A stretch of DNA of 48,726 nucleotides from Vitrella brassicaformis CCMP3155 (Eukaryota; Protista; Chromerida): positions 1-48,726 of the forward strand of contig CDMY01000574.1 of the NCBI GenBank assembly GCA_001179505.1, written 5' to 3'. Positions 24,521-38,206 of this stretch are shown here, in pieces; within the stretch, counting starts at the first letter, position 1; the number at the start of each line of letters is the position of its first letter. The translations under genes were made by a program, and so were the position numbers. The notes beneath the pieces are model-generated. The model saw nothing but the letters and a program-made list of their open reading frames with translations, was not told where the DNA came from and did not search any database.

Positions 24521-24685
24521 CAGACGATGTTGTGAAGACACGACACAAAAGCAGAGAGAGCTGGAACGATGTGAAGGAATGCGGTGGAGAGACGCCAGAT
24601 CACTATGGAGAAGGCGGCAGAAGTCGAAGAGACGGCTTCGTAGTGCCCTTTCTCGCCGTTGGTTTCTGCCTCTGCCTGCAACAGC
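24521..24685 (+). repeat. Repeat E, copy C, cut at its 3' side by an RLE element tail
   Basis: Aligns with 22585-22725 and ends at GCAACAGC, directly followed by (GTG)4. Confidence 0.82.
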
Positions 24686-25107
24686 GTGGTGGTGGTGGTT
24701 AAGGGTAAGATTGTCCGTGTGTCCATGCGCTGGGACGGTCGATTACATGTTCGCATCTAAACTATTGACAGCAACGATCAAAGCATTCGCTACCTACCCA
24801 TGCACGCCCACCCACCCACCCCCTGCAATCAACGAGAGTGGAAAGGCCCCCGCTCTAGCAACAGCCCCTCAGCAAAAGCCGCCCTCTCCTGCCCATTCCA
24901 CCTGCTTGCGCGCCACGCTCTGCTCCGCACCATGTGTGCGTTGCCCTTCTGCAGCAGCACACTAAGTCGAGCCCACCACCTCTCCACTGCTGTCTCGCGG
25001 AAAAACTCCACATCGCCCTCCTCCATATAGATAGGTGGCCGCATGTGCCGGGCCATACGGTTGAGAAGGGCAGCCGCCTCGTCCCCCCACCGTCCGTAGC
25101 TCTCCGC
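24686..25107 (-). mobile_element. 3' fragment of a second RLE-type non-LTR family with a (CCA)n tail
   Basis: Minus-strand C-terminus ...ESYGRWGDEAAALLNRMARH...WWARLSVLLQKGNAHMV, typical of RLE elements, with stop at 24829. The 3' UTR ends ACAATCTTACCCTTAA(CCA)4. Confidence 0.82.
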
Positions 25108-26093
25108 NNNNNNNNNNNNNNNNNNNNNNNNNNNNNNNNNNNNNNNNNNNNNNNNNNNNNNNNNNNNNNNNNNNNNNNNNNNNNNNNNNNNNNNNNNNNN
25201 NNNNNNNNNNNNNNNNNNNNNNNNNNNNNNNNNNNNNNNNNNNNNNNNNNNNNNNNNNNNNNNNNNNNNNNNNNNNNNNNNNNNNNNNNNNNNNNNNNNN
25301 NNNNNNNNNNNNNNNNNNNNNNNNNNNNNNNNNNNNNNNNNNNNNNNNNNNNNNNNNNNNNNNNNNNNNNNNNNNNNNNNNNNNNNNNNNNNNNNNNNNN
25401 NNNNNNNGGTCCGTATGAGTGGCTGTGTGGCTGACTGTGTGGCTGACCGTGTGGCTGACTGTGTGGTGGGCCGTCTGTCTGTCTGTCTGTCTCTGGATGG
25501 ATGGATGGATGCATAGCCGCAGACATGACATATGAATGGATGGATGGATGGATGGATGCACGTGTGTGTGGGGGTATCTGTCTGTCTGTCTGTCTGTGTG
25601 TCTGTGACTTGTTGATAGTCGTAGTTGATAGCAGCTGGGAGGGAAGACTCACAATCGCATACGATTCAACGCACTGCTTCAAGAACACATGTCTCACGTC
25701 CCCCAAATCCAGGGGACTACCCAGACAGGCTACATCGGCACTCACGAGGCTATCTACAATCATACTTGAAAAGTGGATCGAAATCGAAAGGCTTCGGCAG
25801 GGATGGAGGATGATAGTAAGAGATCGATCGAATTGAAAGGCTCACAGACATATCATATGATACCTCTTTCGATTCCTCTCTATGTCCCCCGCCGTCGCTA
25901 GTGGTGGTGGTGGTGGTAGCTCATTGACCTCTCTTTGATCTGTCCGTCTGAGCATCGAACGAGGTGAGCAGCACACAGATCTGTGAGAAACATGCTTGAT
26001 GGACATAATCCTCTGTCTGTCGGCTCTGTCGCTCTGTGCAGCCTCGCGTCGACCACCGCCTCACTCATCTGACCCTCTTGGCCCATCCATCCC

Positions 26094-26825
26094 ATGCAGC
26101 ACCACGAGCAGCAGCAGCACCCCGTGTCATACCTGTGCGTGGGTCGGAGGAGCCGCTACCTCCTCAGCGTCAAGACGTGCGTCAAGGACGTCGTGCGGCT
26201 GAGGGCCACCTGCACCTGGCTCAGAGAGCTCTTCGGAGCGGCTCAGTTGAGAGATCGGCTCAGTCACTCGCTGAGCTCACAGGCGGGGCTGCGGCGGGCG
26301 GTGAATGGGCAGCAAGTGCAGCTGCTGCGGTTCGACGACGACCAGTTCGGCACACATGATCTGCTGGCGGCTGTGTGTGTGGTGGAGGAGGGGGACTGGG
26401 GTGAGATGAGCGAGGTGATTGAGCTGGCGGGAAAGTGCGGCAACTGTGAGCTGCCTGTGACCCTCACTGGGGCTGACATCAACACACACGCAAACAAAAC
26501 GGTGAGCCGGCAAACAGAGGGGCGGGGAGGGGAGGGGACGGAGAGAGCCTCATTCTCTCTGTGTGTCTGTGTGTGTGTGGTCGTGTGTGTAGGCGTATGT
26601 GTCGGCTCCCCGTATGTTGGCGCAGCTCAGGATGGTCGGCCCCCACGTCCACTTCAGTGACGGCAGCTGCCTGCAGCTGTTCCACTACAGCAATCAGTGG
26701 ACGTATCATTGGCTGGCCATCATGGACCAGTACGGCTTCCGGCTGGAGGTCGACCCGCCCCTCCCTGCCGGCCATCTGTACCAGCAGCACAGACAGCCAC
26801 ACGACCCGCCAGTGACCTCCCGCGG
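26094..26825 (+). pseudogene. Lineage-specific expanded family member (Vitrella-type unknown protein), truncated
   Basis: DVVRLRATC...LLAAVCVVEEG.W.EM.EVIELAG.CG.CELPV.LT, intron 26502-26592, then AYVSAPRMLAQL...FRLEVDPPLP...HRQPHDPPV. The frame ends just inside the tandem array. The family assignment is from memory. Confidence 0.65.
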
Positions 26826-29800
26826 TGTTATGGAGTGACTTCACGTCTCTGAGTGGCCTGTGGGCCTCAGACTTGTGAATATCCCGATGACACCCGATTG
26901 CGGATGGATGCACTCATGCATATGCGCACAGCTTGCGTCCCATCCCCAAAAGCCTCGCCGCCTGACTGACGACCACCAGACACGCAGACCGAGAGGGAAG
27001 GCGCACAGGCTGTGTGGCTGACGGATGCTCGGCCAGGCCGTGTGGAACTCACGCCTCTCCTGATGCTATTGTTTGCGTTGAGGAAGACCCTGACAGCTGC
27101 TGCGGCGCGTCAGATTGAGTCCCTGCGCGCATGTACACACACAGGGTGATGTGTGTCAGGTGTCATGAGGGCGTGCAGGCATCCGAAGATGCACGCAGGC
27201 GAGATGCAGAGCAACAGGCAGGTGCTCTCGCCCGCGTGACACGATGGTGGCAGCGTGCTACCCTTCCAAGGCCAACGCACCTGCCGATGGATTCAGTGCA
27301 GAGGACGTGTTTGAGCCAGATGGGTGCCGCCGCGCTCATGGTCCACGCCGGAGAGAGAGTGAGAGAGAGGAGAGAGAGATGGCGGCTGACAGGCTGATCT
27401 GGGCTGGGGGTGCGGGCAGTTGCCAGGATAGAGAGGGGGGGGGGAGTAGGCACACGTGTAGGAGCACACGTAGAGAGCATTCTGCGCCTTCCATGCCCCC
27501 TGTCCCTCTCCTTGCACGCCTAGCTCACAGAGCATTTACGCTTCCTAGCCNNNNNNNNNNNNNNNNNNNNNNNNNNNNNNNNNNNNNNNNNNNNNNNNNN
27601 NNNNNNNNNNNNNNNNNNNNNNNNNNNNNNNNNNNNNNNNNNNNNNNNNNNNNNNNNNNNNNNNNNNNNNNNNNNNNNNNNNNNNNNNNNNNNNNNNNNN
27701 NNNNNNNNNNNNNNNNNNNNNNNNNNNNNNNNNNNNNNNNNNNNNNNNNNNNNNNNNNNNNNNNNNNNNNNNNNNNNNNNNNNNNNNNNNNNNNNNNNNN
27801 NNNNNNNNNNNNNNNNNNNNNNNNNNNNNNNNNNNNNNNNNNNNNNNNNNGCATGTGCCGGGCCATACGGTTGAGAAGGGCAGCCGCCTCGTCCCCCCAC
27901 CGTCCGTAGCTCTCCGCCGACAGTGGGACGATGGTAAAGTTGCTTGCTCTCGCCTCTGTGCCGTATTTGCTGTGCTTCCTGTCGGCCGCGTTGCGCAGCG
28001 CCTTGCCTCTTCTGCTCCGTTCTGTTATGGAGTGACTTCACGTCTCTGAGTGGCCTGTGGGCCTCAGACTTGTGAATATCCCGATGACACCCGATTGCGG
28101 ATGGATGCACTCATGCATATGCGCACAGCTTGCGTCCCATCCCCAAAAGCCTCGCCGCCTGACTGACGACCACCAGACACGCAGACCGAGAGGGAAGGCG
28201 CACAGGCTGTGTGGCTGACGGATGCTCGGCCAGGCCGTGTGGAACTCACGCCTCTCCTGATGCTATTGTTTGCGTTGAGGAAGACCCTGACAGCTGCTGC
28301 GGCGCGTCAGATTGAGTCCCTGCGCGCATGTACACACACAGGGTGATGTGTGTCAGGTGTCATGAGGGCGTGCAGGCATCCGAAGATGCACGCAGGCGAG
28401 ATGCAGAGCAACAGGCAGGTGCTCTCGCCCGCGTGACACGATGGTGGCAGCGTGCTACCCTTCCAAGGCCAACGCACCTGCCGATGGATTCAGTGCAGAG
28501 GACGTGTTTGAGCCAGATGGGTGCCGCCGCGCTCATGGTCCACGCCGGAGAGAGAGTGAGAGAGAGGAGAGAGAGATGGCGGCTGACAGGCTGATCTGGG
28601 CTGGGGGTGCGGGCAGTTGCCAGGATAGAGAGGGGGGGGGGAGTAGGCACACGTGTAGGAGCACACGTAGAGAGCATTCTGCGCCTTCCATGCCCCCTGT
28701 CCCTCTCCTTGNNNNNNNNNNNNNNNNNNNNNNNNNNNNNNNNNNNNNNNNNNNNNNNNNNNNNNNNNNNNNNNNNNNNNNNNNNNNNNNNNNNNNNNNN
28801 NNNNNNNNNNNNNNNNNNNNNNNNNNNNNNNNNNNNNNNNNNNNNNNNNNNNNNNNNNNNNNNNNNNNNNNNNNNNNNNNNNNNNNNNNNNNNNNNNNNN
28901 NNNNNNNNNNNNNNNNNNNNNNNNNNNNNNNNNNNNNNNNNNNNNNNNNNNNNNNNNNNNNNNNNNNNNNNNNNNNNNNNNNNNNNNNNNNNNNNNNNNN
29001 NNNNNNNNNNNGCCACGCTCTGCTCCGCACCATGTGTGCGTTGCCCTTCTGCAGCAGCACACTAAGTCGAGCCCACCACCTCTCCACTGCTGTCTCGCGG
29101 AAAAACTCCACATCGCCCTCCTCCATATAGATAGGTGGCCGCATGTGCCGGGCCATACGGTTGAGAAGGGCAGCCGCCTCGTCCCCCCACCGTCCGTAGC
29201 TCTCCGCCGACAGTGGGACGATGGTAAAGTTGCTTGCTCTCGCCTCTGTGCCGTACTTGCTGTGCTTCCTGTCGGCCGCGTTGCGCAGCGCCTTGCCTCT
29301 TCTGCTCCGTTCTGTTATGGAGTGACTTCACGTCTCTGAGTGGCCTGTGGGCCTCAGACTTGTGAATATCCCGATGACACCCGATTGCGGATGGATGCAC
29401 TCATGCATATGCGCACAGCTTGCGTCCCATCCCCAAAAGCCTCGCCGCCTGACTGACGACCACCAGACACGCAGACCGAGAGGGAAGGCGCACAGGCTGT
29501 GTGGCTGACGGATGCTCGGCCAGGCCGTGTGGAACTCACGCCTCTCCTGATGCTATTGTTTGCGTTGAGGAAGACCCTGACAGCTGCTGCGGCGCGTCAG
29601 ATTGAGTCCCTGCGCGCATGTACACACACAGGGTGATGTGTGTCAGGTGTCATGAGGGCGTGCAGGCATCCGAAGATGCACGCAGGCGAGATGCAGAGCA
29701 ACAGGCAGGGGTTCTCGCCCGCGTGACACGATGGTGGCAGCGTGCCACCCTCCCAAGGCCAACGCACCTGCCGATGGATTCAGTGCAGAGGACGTGTTTG

Positions 29801-30040
29801 AGCCAGAGGGGTGCCGCCGCGCCCCTCGTGGTCCACGCCGGAGAGAGAGTGAGAGAGGAGAGAGAGATGGCGGCTGACAGGCTGATCTGGGCTGGGGGTG
29901 CGGGCAGTTGCCAGGATAGAGAGGGGGGGGGGAGTAGGCACACGTGTAGGAGCACACGTAGAGAGCATTCTGCGCCTTCCATGCCCCCTGTCCCTCTCCT
30001 TGCACGCCTAGCTCACAGAGCATTTACGCTTCCTAGCCAA
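26826..30040. repeat. Gapped tandem array: three copies of a ~720-bp unit X (26826, 28023, 29313) alternating with RLE-family-2 3' fragments (27851-28022, 29012-29312)
   Basis: Each X starts TGTTATGGAGTGACTTC. The intervening minus-strand pieces translate GKALRNAADRKHSKY...FTIVPLSAESYGRWG. X1 and X2 look identical and X3 differs at several sites. Confidence 0.85.
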
Positions 30041-31094
30041 TCGCCTAGCTCGCCCTCTTTCCCCATTCCCTGCTTTGGAGCTTTTTCCTCGCTTTTGGCG
30101 TGATCTTCGTTGATATTGGACCTTTCGTCGTTTGGAAAACACCATCCTCCTGCGATTCAACCATCTGGGGTGACGCTCCTTGCCATCCAACCGCCATCTA
30201 ACATCGCGGCGTCCATCCACTGCCACAGGCGGGTAGCGGGATGGGAAGTGCACAAAGAAAGGCGAACAAAGCACTGAGCCAGGCATCCTGAGGCATGGTA
30301 CGTTGTGCGCTGGCTCCGGCCTGAGAGAGATGGCCCGGAGCGGTTGCCGGTGTGGCCGTGTAAGGGCGCCCAAGAGGGTATCAGGGGGTGCACAGCGGTC
30401 ATGCTGGAGGGCTCTGTCTGTCAAGGTGTCGAGTTCGCTGGCCGGCGTGCCGCTCCCTCCTGCATCGCAGCGCTGGGCCTTCCCTCACCAAGATCTGTCC
30501 AAGATCTGGGAAGATCTGTGCCCACAAGGCCTTCTGCTGGCCCTCGGCTGTCTTACCGACACGAGATTGGCCTTCCCGACATCAATTCAGGCCTCCCTGC
30601 ACGTCATTTGATGCTGAGCTGTGGAGATCTGGCCTCTGGCTGGGTTTGTTGTGGAGATCTTTCATTTCTGCTGGTGTGGTGGTGATGCTGGGCTGCTGGG
30701 CGCTTGCCTGACATCTTCTTCCTCCACCCATGTGCCCGATGCGCTGAGCTCCGCTCGCTCCGGTGCCTTGTGGTGTGGAGGTCTGGTGCTGCTGATGATG
30801 CTGCGGTGCTGTCTGAGCGTTCGCTCATGGGTGTGGCATTGTATGACCACCGGCATGACCCGTGTGTCGACATGCCCTTGTGGTGTGGTGTGCGGCTTCG
30901 CCCCACCCATGCCTCGCGTCTTGTATGTCATTGTGGATGATGGACGGTTCATGCTTCGTGGACTCTGACGTGCATATACATGGCTGTGATGCGATTGGGT
31001 TGGCCTAGCTGCGGGTGCAGACGATGAATGGACATTGGGTGATGATCTCGTTCTCTGAACGATTGATGCCACCCCGCGATGACGAGGCACACAC

Positions 31095-32195
31095 TTGACA
31101 CGCATTGACGAGATCCCCATCATACTAGACACTGATGCGTTGAGCGATGCCCTTTTGGCGCATACACGGGTCCCCCATCCAGAGGTCTTGAGTTCGTTTG
31201 ACTCCCTCTGTGAGGGCGCGACTGGCCAGCCTGGCGGGGATCCCAGGCCCCCAGACGTCCCCCTCTCACAGCGGCATCGTCTACTCGACCACCCCAGATG
31301 GGTATCGGGCCCGATGGGTATTCAGTAGAGGTCAAGACCACATCGATGCGTCAGTGTCGTCTTTTGCTAACTCCATAATCCTCCGGCACTTCAGCGGGAC
31401 TCACCAGACCAACGGCACATTTACTCAACTTAACAGGTAGCACACCAAAGGAATCAATGGGGCCGGGAGGGGCACAGCACGAATCGTTTGTTGGTGTGAG
31501 GTTGGTTCAGGGGTGTCGGTGGCGGCCGTCTGAATGACCTCCTCACCCAGTCGCCCCACACACCAGTGGCCGGCTGTACGACCACACTCAGCCGGCGCGA
31601 GGCTCACTGGTGTGGGGACGGTCGTGTGCGACAGCTGGTGCTCACCAACAGCAGTCACCCCTTCGTCGCATGGGTTGAGATTCTGACAATTGGAAACAAC
31701 ACCGGTCAGCGTGACAGAGAGGCAGTGCTGCTGGTCAAATGTCGAGCGTTCTTCTTGCCCTTTCTCTGCAGTCGATGTCCGTGTCGTGACGACTGAGGCG
31801 GCTGTGTGTGAGAGGGGTGGTCTGTTCAAGCACGGCTTCCCCGTCACCACTCAGCTGGCTCGCGTGGCGTTGGGGGCGGTGGGGCCATTCGTATTCGACG
31901 GACAAGTACAGCAGCAGCAGCAGCAGCAAAAGCAAGATGACGACAGCGACGACGGTACGGACAGATGGATGGATGGATGGATCCATGATGTGCCTTCTCT
32001 CTCTCTCTCTCTCTCTCTGTGTGTGCAGATGCGGACGATGGCAGCGGAGATGGGAGTGACGATATGGATGACGGCGGCGGAGGTACACACAACAGAGGCC
32101 CCCACATCGACCTGCGCCACCCATGGCTGTGTGTGTGTGTGTGTGTGCCTTGGGCAGGTGACGGTGGCGCAGCTGAGGCGGAGGGCGGCGACTGA
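31095..32195 (+). CDS. Second member of the same lineage-specific family (C-terminal half clear, acidic tail)
   Basis: ASVSSFANSIILRHF, GCTTTLSRR, RQLVLTNSSHPFVAWVEI, |VDVRVVTTEA...FKHGFPVTTQLARVALG, then D/G-rich exons and TGA at 32193-32195. The 5' frame is unresolved. Confidence 0.55.
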
Positions 32196-32724
32196 CCGAT
32201 CCATCAGCCAACACGCACTGGTGGTGCGCAGCGATACATCCCCTCTGTCACCGGGGGGGGAGGCCAACCGGACAGGATTGTTGAGCTGCGTTGTATGTGT
32301 GAGACATTCTCTCGTGGCTGCTCGGAGTGATTGGACGAATATCATTCGGTGTGTGTCGTGCATGTTGGTTTGTTCGTTCGTTAACGGACACCGAGGTCCC
32401 GGCCCCTGAGGGCATGCTGTGTCCATGAAACCGTTTGTCACATCGAGGAAACTAAGAAAGCCATCGCTTGCGCCATCAAAAGAAACTAAGCCAGCGCACG
32501 TTGCACAGGGAGAGACCATGCAAATACCATGCAACGTGCATCACAATGAGCGAGTCGATCAACTCCTTCACCCAAACTGTCTGATGAACACTCGCTGTGA
32601 AGTCGGTCTGCCACCGTTCCCATCTCATGCGATCGATGTCGGTCGGTCTGTCTGTCTGTCTTTGTCGGTCTCTCCCCGTGTTGGTGGAGCGTATTTGTGT
32701 GTCTGTCTGTCTGTCTGTCTGTCC

Positions 32725-34390
32725 TCAGCGGATGGCCCACAGCTCAATGTCATCAGCCATGAGCACCGCCGCCTCAGTCTCGATGTCGGCCAAGTACCAG
32801 CGTGAGTCGGTCTCACTCGGGCCGCCACTCACCTTGAGCATCACCTCCTCGCCTCGCTGACGAGACACACACACAAGATGCGTATCACACCATGGTATGG
32901 TGTGATACGCCTGACTGACTGACTGGCACAGCCCACCTGCAAGGAAACGAATCCCCGGCCCGACCCGTCTCTGGTCATGGCCACACACAGCTTGACGGTC
33001 TTGGACGTCACGGGCAGCTGCACCGAGGGGTCGTTGGTCTTGATGTGCAGCATCACGGCATAGACAGTCGCAGACGTCAGTGTGTGTGTGGGGGGCACGT
33101 CGGGTGGTTTTGAGCAGGGTGGGCGAGCTCTGCATGACAATTGCATGGCTGCATGGCTCGTCGCTGTCACAGTGATGGATCATGAGACACAGTGGGCCGG
33201 AGGGCAGCTCGTGGCGCACGGCGTGGGTGACTGAGTGGCAGAGAGCACTCAGTGTGTTGTTCGCCTCACTTGCCCTGCGAACAACACTCACACACCACAC
33301 ACAGATGAGCACGTGCCCCTCTCTCTGTCCCTCTGTGTGGCCTGGCTGCAAATTTCCCTCGGGACCCTGACCCTTCGACTCGACTCACTTGTGCAGCTTG
33401 TGGAGCACATTGTGTGGCAGGTTCATGGCCCTGCACTTGGTCAGCACCACCTCCAGGGCAGCAGCAGACACCGTTGCAGTATCCACCTTCGGGTGGGATG
33501 CTGGCGCGGCGGTGAGGGTGCGTGCGGCAGTGGGTGTGTGTGGCAGTGGCTGCAGGCGGGCGGGGGGCGGGAGAGGGGGCGTCTTGGCTGTGTTGTTGGC
33601 CGGTGGTCGTGCGCGAGAAGAAGATGGCGCGGCGCTGGGACGCATCGGCGGCGGCGGCGGCGGCGAGACGGGTCGCTGCGAAAACGGGTCCTGATCACAC
33701 ACACATGCATCAGCACAGAGAATGAGTGTGAGTCGGCGTGTTGTCTTCGTGTGTGTGAGGCAGCTAGTTTACCTGCACCCGCTTCCAAACCGGTTCATGT
33801 CCACAGCGGGGTCGGTCGGCGTAGAGACCTCCAACTGGCCTCGACGACTGCTTGTCGGGCTCAGGTGTGGTGGTGTGCTCGGAAAAAGGCCGAGAGTCGC
33901 CATGATCGATGTAGACACGCCGCACTGGCACAGACACGTCATCGACAGGCGAACGCTCGGCACGCGACTGAAGGAAACATGGCACACGATCCATCCATCC
34001 ATCCATCCATTCATCCACCCCTCTCTGTCTTTGTGTGTTGACCTGTGTGTTGTCAACTGACGCAGCAGCAACAACATCTTCAACAACCGAACGCAGCACA
34101 CGACGCACCTGAACAGCAGAAGCATCCACACAAGGCCTTCGTCCCTCCCTCTATCTCTGTGTGAGTGTGTTGTGTATGTTGACCTGTGCATCGTCATCGT
34201 CGATGTCGTTCTGCCTGCGGCGACGACGTGTGGTGGGCGGCATCGGCAAATCGCTGAACTGGTCCTGTCGACACCGTCACGGGCACTTGGTCTTAGTGAG
34301 TGTGTGTTCCTGTGTATGTGTCACCTCTGAGTTGTCGTTGGTGCGGACATTGCGGAAACAAGAGCGATACGGCGGTGGATTGATCACCTG
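32725..34390 (-). CDS. Unknown protein with a Pro-rich linker and a divergent TLDc-like C-terminus, copy 1
   Basis: Spliced exons ...KRVQ|DPFSQ...LHK|...GPLCLMIHH...SLQ|RGEEVMLK...ADDIELWAIR*. The GPxxLxI and ADxIExW patterns resemble TLDc. The 5' exons are uncertain. Confidence 0.5.
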
Positions 34391-36058
34391 AGACACACAT
34401 ACACACACACACACACACATACCATCCGTCTGTCTGTCTGTCTGTCTGTCACAACTACTCGGAGCATCATCATTGGATCTGCAGTGTCTCACCCCGTCGC
34501 CTGAGCTGTCACTGTCCTGGTGGCGCTGTCTCTCCGAGCTGAGTTGAATGGGCAGCGGGCGATCAGCCATACGTGAACTCTGACCACAAGCAGCGACCAA
34601 CCAATGAACGAATGAGCGAAGGAGCGAACGTGCTTGTTTGCCTGTCTGCCTGTCTGGCTGTCTGGCGGGGCGTACCATGATGAATTGACTGACTGACTGA
34701 CTGACTGACGCACTCTTGGCAGACGTCCACACGATGCGACGCGAGTCACCGATACACTTTGAGCAGCAATGACTGAGCAAAAGTCGACACTTCCTTCGTC
34801 AGTCGATGATCACCGTCGACCGATCGATCGATCGTCCGTTGCTTCCTTTGTTTGTGTATACGTACGTAAAGAAAGACACGACGATCGACCTGCACAAACT
34901 CAACGGATCACACGTGCAGGTGGATGCACACGTGATGTCGTGAATGGCTGGCTCTTCTGTGACCGGTCGGTGAGTGCTGTTTGTACGTATGTATTCATTG
35001 TGGTAGGTAATCATGCATGGGAGTCAGTCAGTCACATGCACACACACACACGCATGCACTCGTCCGTCATCCGACTACAACAACAAATCCCGTCCACTGA
35101 TCTCTCTCGCTCTCGCGCGCACAACTATAGACATAAATAAGTGCACTCTCTCACACACACATGGACTGCACCGCACCTCACACCCACACCCACACAGGCA
35201 CTCTTGCTTGTTTCATCAAACCTCCAACTCCATCCCTCCCTCCCTCCCTCCCTCAACACAACGCACCGTACCGTAATTAGCAGAGGTCCGCACACGCACA
35301 CTCATGCACACACACATGGATGGACGCTCTCTGTCCGTCACAGGTCGAATTTGCGTGTTAGGTGACCTGTCTGTCTGTCTGGTATGGCTGACTGCAGGGA
35401 GGAGGGAGAGGTAGCGAGGGAGGGAGGGAGGCGAGGGAAAAAATAGGCAGCTAGGCGTTGCAATCGGTCACCTGTATCTGTCTTCACAATGAGTGCATCG
35501 CTTGTGGCCGCGTCTGCGTGTGTGTGTGTGTGTGTGCATGAGGTTCAGATCTGGTCAGTGAGCAGCAGCAGCAGCAGCAGCAGCCAACGGAGAAAGTTAT
35601 AAGTGAGGATCAATCGTCAGCACCACAGATCGAAGAAAGAAGAGGCCACACCACAGGAAGGAGACATGAAGAGAGAGAGGGCTGCATGGCCATATGGGAT
35701 GGGTGGCTGCATGCTCAAGCTCCGCATGCACGCAGCTATTGTACACACAGACACACACGCAACGCAAAACCGACACCCACACACCGCATCCAGCCATGCC
35801 ATAGATGATGCACATGCCGTTGGCAGAACACACAAGACACACACACAGCAACCTCTCTCAGGCAGCCAGGCAGCCAGGCAGGCAACCAGGGAGGCAGGGA
35901 GGGAGGGGTTAAGAATGAAAGAAAACAAGAATGGGCAACCGAAAGGCGACCGCAAAGGGGAGGAGGGACCATGAGGCTATTCTGGTCCGCACTGACTGAC
36001 TTGACGATAAGAGGGGTAGGCGGGGAGGGGTGGGGAGGGGAGGGGGCATCATGTCAGG

Positions 36059-38206
36059 TCACTGTGTGCTGGTGTTGGCTATCATAGTGCTCTTGCCGCC
36101 CTGCTCGGCCAGCCACCACTTGGGGACCAGCTTCTCGCGCATCTCGGGCGTGCACTCATCCAGCTCCTCTGAGGGCACACAACACAGAGAGAGAACCAGA
36201 CAGACAGACAACACTTTCATATGTAGAGTGGACAGGTCAGTCAGTGCAGACGCTGCAGACGCACCTTGTGTGAAGTTGAAAAGAGGCGGGAGGCTCCTGC
36301 TGTTGGGCAACCTATATAATAGAGACACACATAAGGACAGCACGAACAGAAGACGATGCCATGGTGTGGTGCACTCAGAGAGACAGCAGGACGCCCCGAC
36401 GGACAGACCTTGTGTTGGGGTCTCTGAGCTCGTCGAAGAACTCGTGGCAAAGTATCTTCATGGGCTTCAGGCGGGCGGTGGGGTCGTACTGCAGCAAAGC
36501 ATTCACCAAATCCAACGCCTCCACCGATGTGCGCGGACGAAACACCTTCCCAACACACACAGAGAGACGAAGATGGACACACAGGCAGTCAGATCCATGG
36601 TGTCTGGTGTCGCATGTGTGTGTGTACCTTGTTCCATGGGTGTGGTTTGATTTGTGGGAACTTGAATTCGGTGTAGTTGGGGTTCATCGCCATCAGCTGC
36701 TCGCGGGAGGGGGTACCCAACACCTGCACACATACGCACCCACCGCACAGACGGATAAAGAGCTGTAGGTGTGGTGTGATTGGACTGTGTGGGTCGGTGA
36801 ATGGTGCTGCTGACTTTGATGATTTCGACGAGTTGGTCGACGCCCGACTCGCCGGGGAACAGTGGCTGGCCCAATATCATCTCGGCCATCACACAACCTG
36901 CGCACACACAGACAGACAGACAGACACAGACAGATCAGCGGATATGTGTGTGTGTTGTGTGAACGAGGGACTGGATTTGCATACCCATGCTCCAAATATC
37001 AATGGCCGTCGTGTAGTCTGTCGCGCCGAATATCAGCTCCGGCGCGCGGTAGTACCTGCCCACACACAGACATGTGAAAGACGGCATGCCATCTGTCTGT
37101 CTGTCCGCCCCTACTGACTGACTGACTGACCTTGAGCATATGTAGGCGACGTTCGGCTCGCCGGACACCAGCCGCTTGGCGGATCCAAAATCACACAACT
37201 TCAGCACCTGCACATCAGCCAGCGCCCGCGCGCGTGTGCTGGTGTGTGTGCCCACTCTTCCTTCCACTGACCTGTGTCTTGCCGTCTACGAGGAGGTTTT
37301 GTGGTTTGATGTCCCGATGGCAGATGCCTTTGGCGTGCAGATACGCCAGGGCACGGGCCATCTGCACACACACACACACACACACACACATACATACAGC
37401 GCCATCCATCCATCGATCCCGTGTGCGTGTCCGTCTGTGTGTGTGAGTCTTGTCAAGACCTGGTAGACGTATAGCTTGACGTAAAGAATGGGCATGGTCT
37501 GTTTGAGTTTAGCGTAGTGCTTCATCATTCGGTAGGCCGTGTCGGAGAGGTACTCCATCACCACATTCAGAAACAACTCATCCTGCACACACATACATAT
37601 CATCGACACACACACACACACACGTTGATGCTCCCGTGGTGTCCCCTCCCTCCCTCCCTCCTTCCCTCCCTCCCTCTCTGGCTCCTTCCCCCCCTTGTGA
37701 CCTTGTCGCCTGTCGTGTGGAAAGCGTTGTGCAGCTGTACGACGTTTGGGTGTCGTAGTTCCCGCATGATCTGCAGCTCCCTGTTCTTGTACCGCTTGTC
37801 CTGGAACACCTTCTTGATCGCCACCGTCTCCTGAGTCTCCACTACTTGAGCCTGGTGAGTGGACCACACACAACACACACATACACACATACGCACATAC
37901 ACACATACGCACATACACACATACACACATACACACACCTCTTTCTCCCTCTCTCCACCTGCCCGTGTGTGTGCGTGTGTGTGTGACGCCCCTCTCTCTC
38001 ACCTGGTAGACGATCCCGAAGCTTCCATTGCCGATAACCCTTTCCGCGTTGTAAGTGAAGTTTTGCCTCTCCTTGCCCCTCTCGCCCAGCAGCGCCGAGC
38101 TGGACCCGCCCCCGTCCTCCTTGCCATGCCCCGCTGCCCCACCGGTCTCGTCCTTGATCTGCATGGCTGTCACCGACTGACGCAGAGTCTCCACAGGGGC
38201 GGCCAT
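36059..38206 (-). CDS. GSK3: Glycogen synthase kinase-3 / shaggy-like kinase, 11 exons
   Basis: Exons 38003-38206, 37702-37851, 37460-37582, 37272-37361, 37131-37207, 36985-37055, 36815-36897, 36628-36723, 36409-36545, 36265-36299, 36059-36168. Motifs [65 protein letters not shown] and [16 protein letters not shown]. Confidence 0.97.

Larger units (their letters stand above)
2377..29011. other. Five 300-N scaffold gaps: 2377-2676, 9537-9836, 25108-25407, 27551-27850, 28712-29011
   Basis: All N runs have the same length, so they are placeholders rather than measured sizes. Confidence 0.98.

Noticed and set aside
1271-29400. ORFs containing X runs
   Set aside because: They are open only because they cross N gaps.
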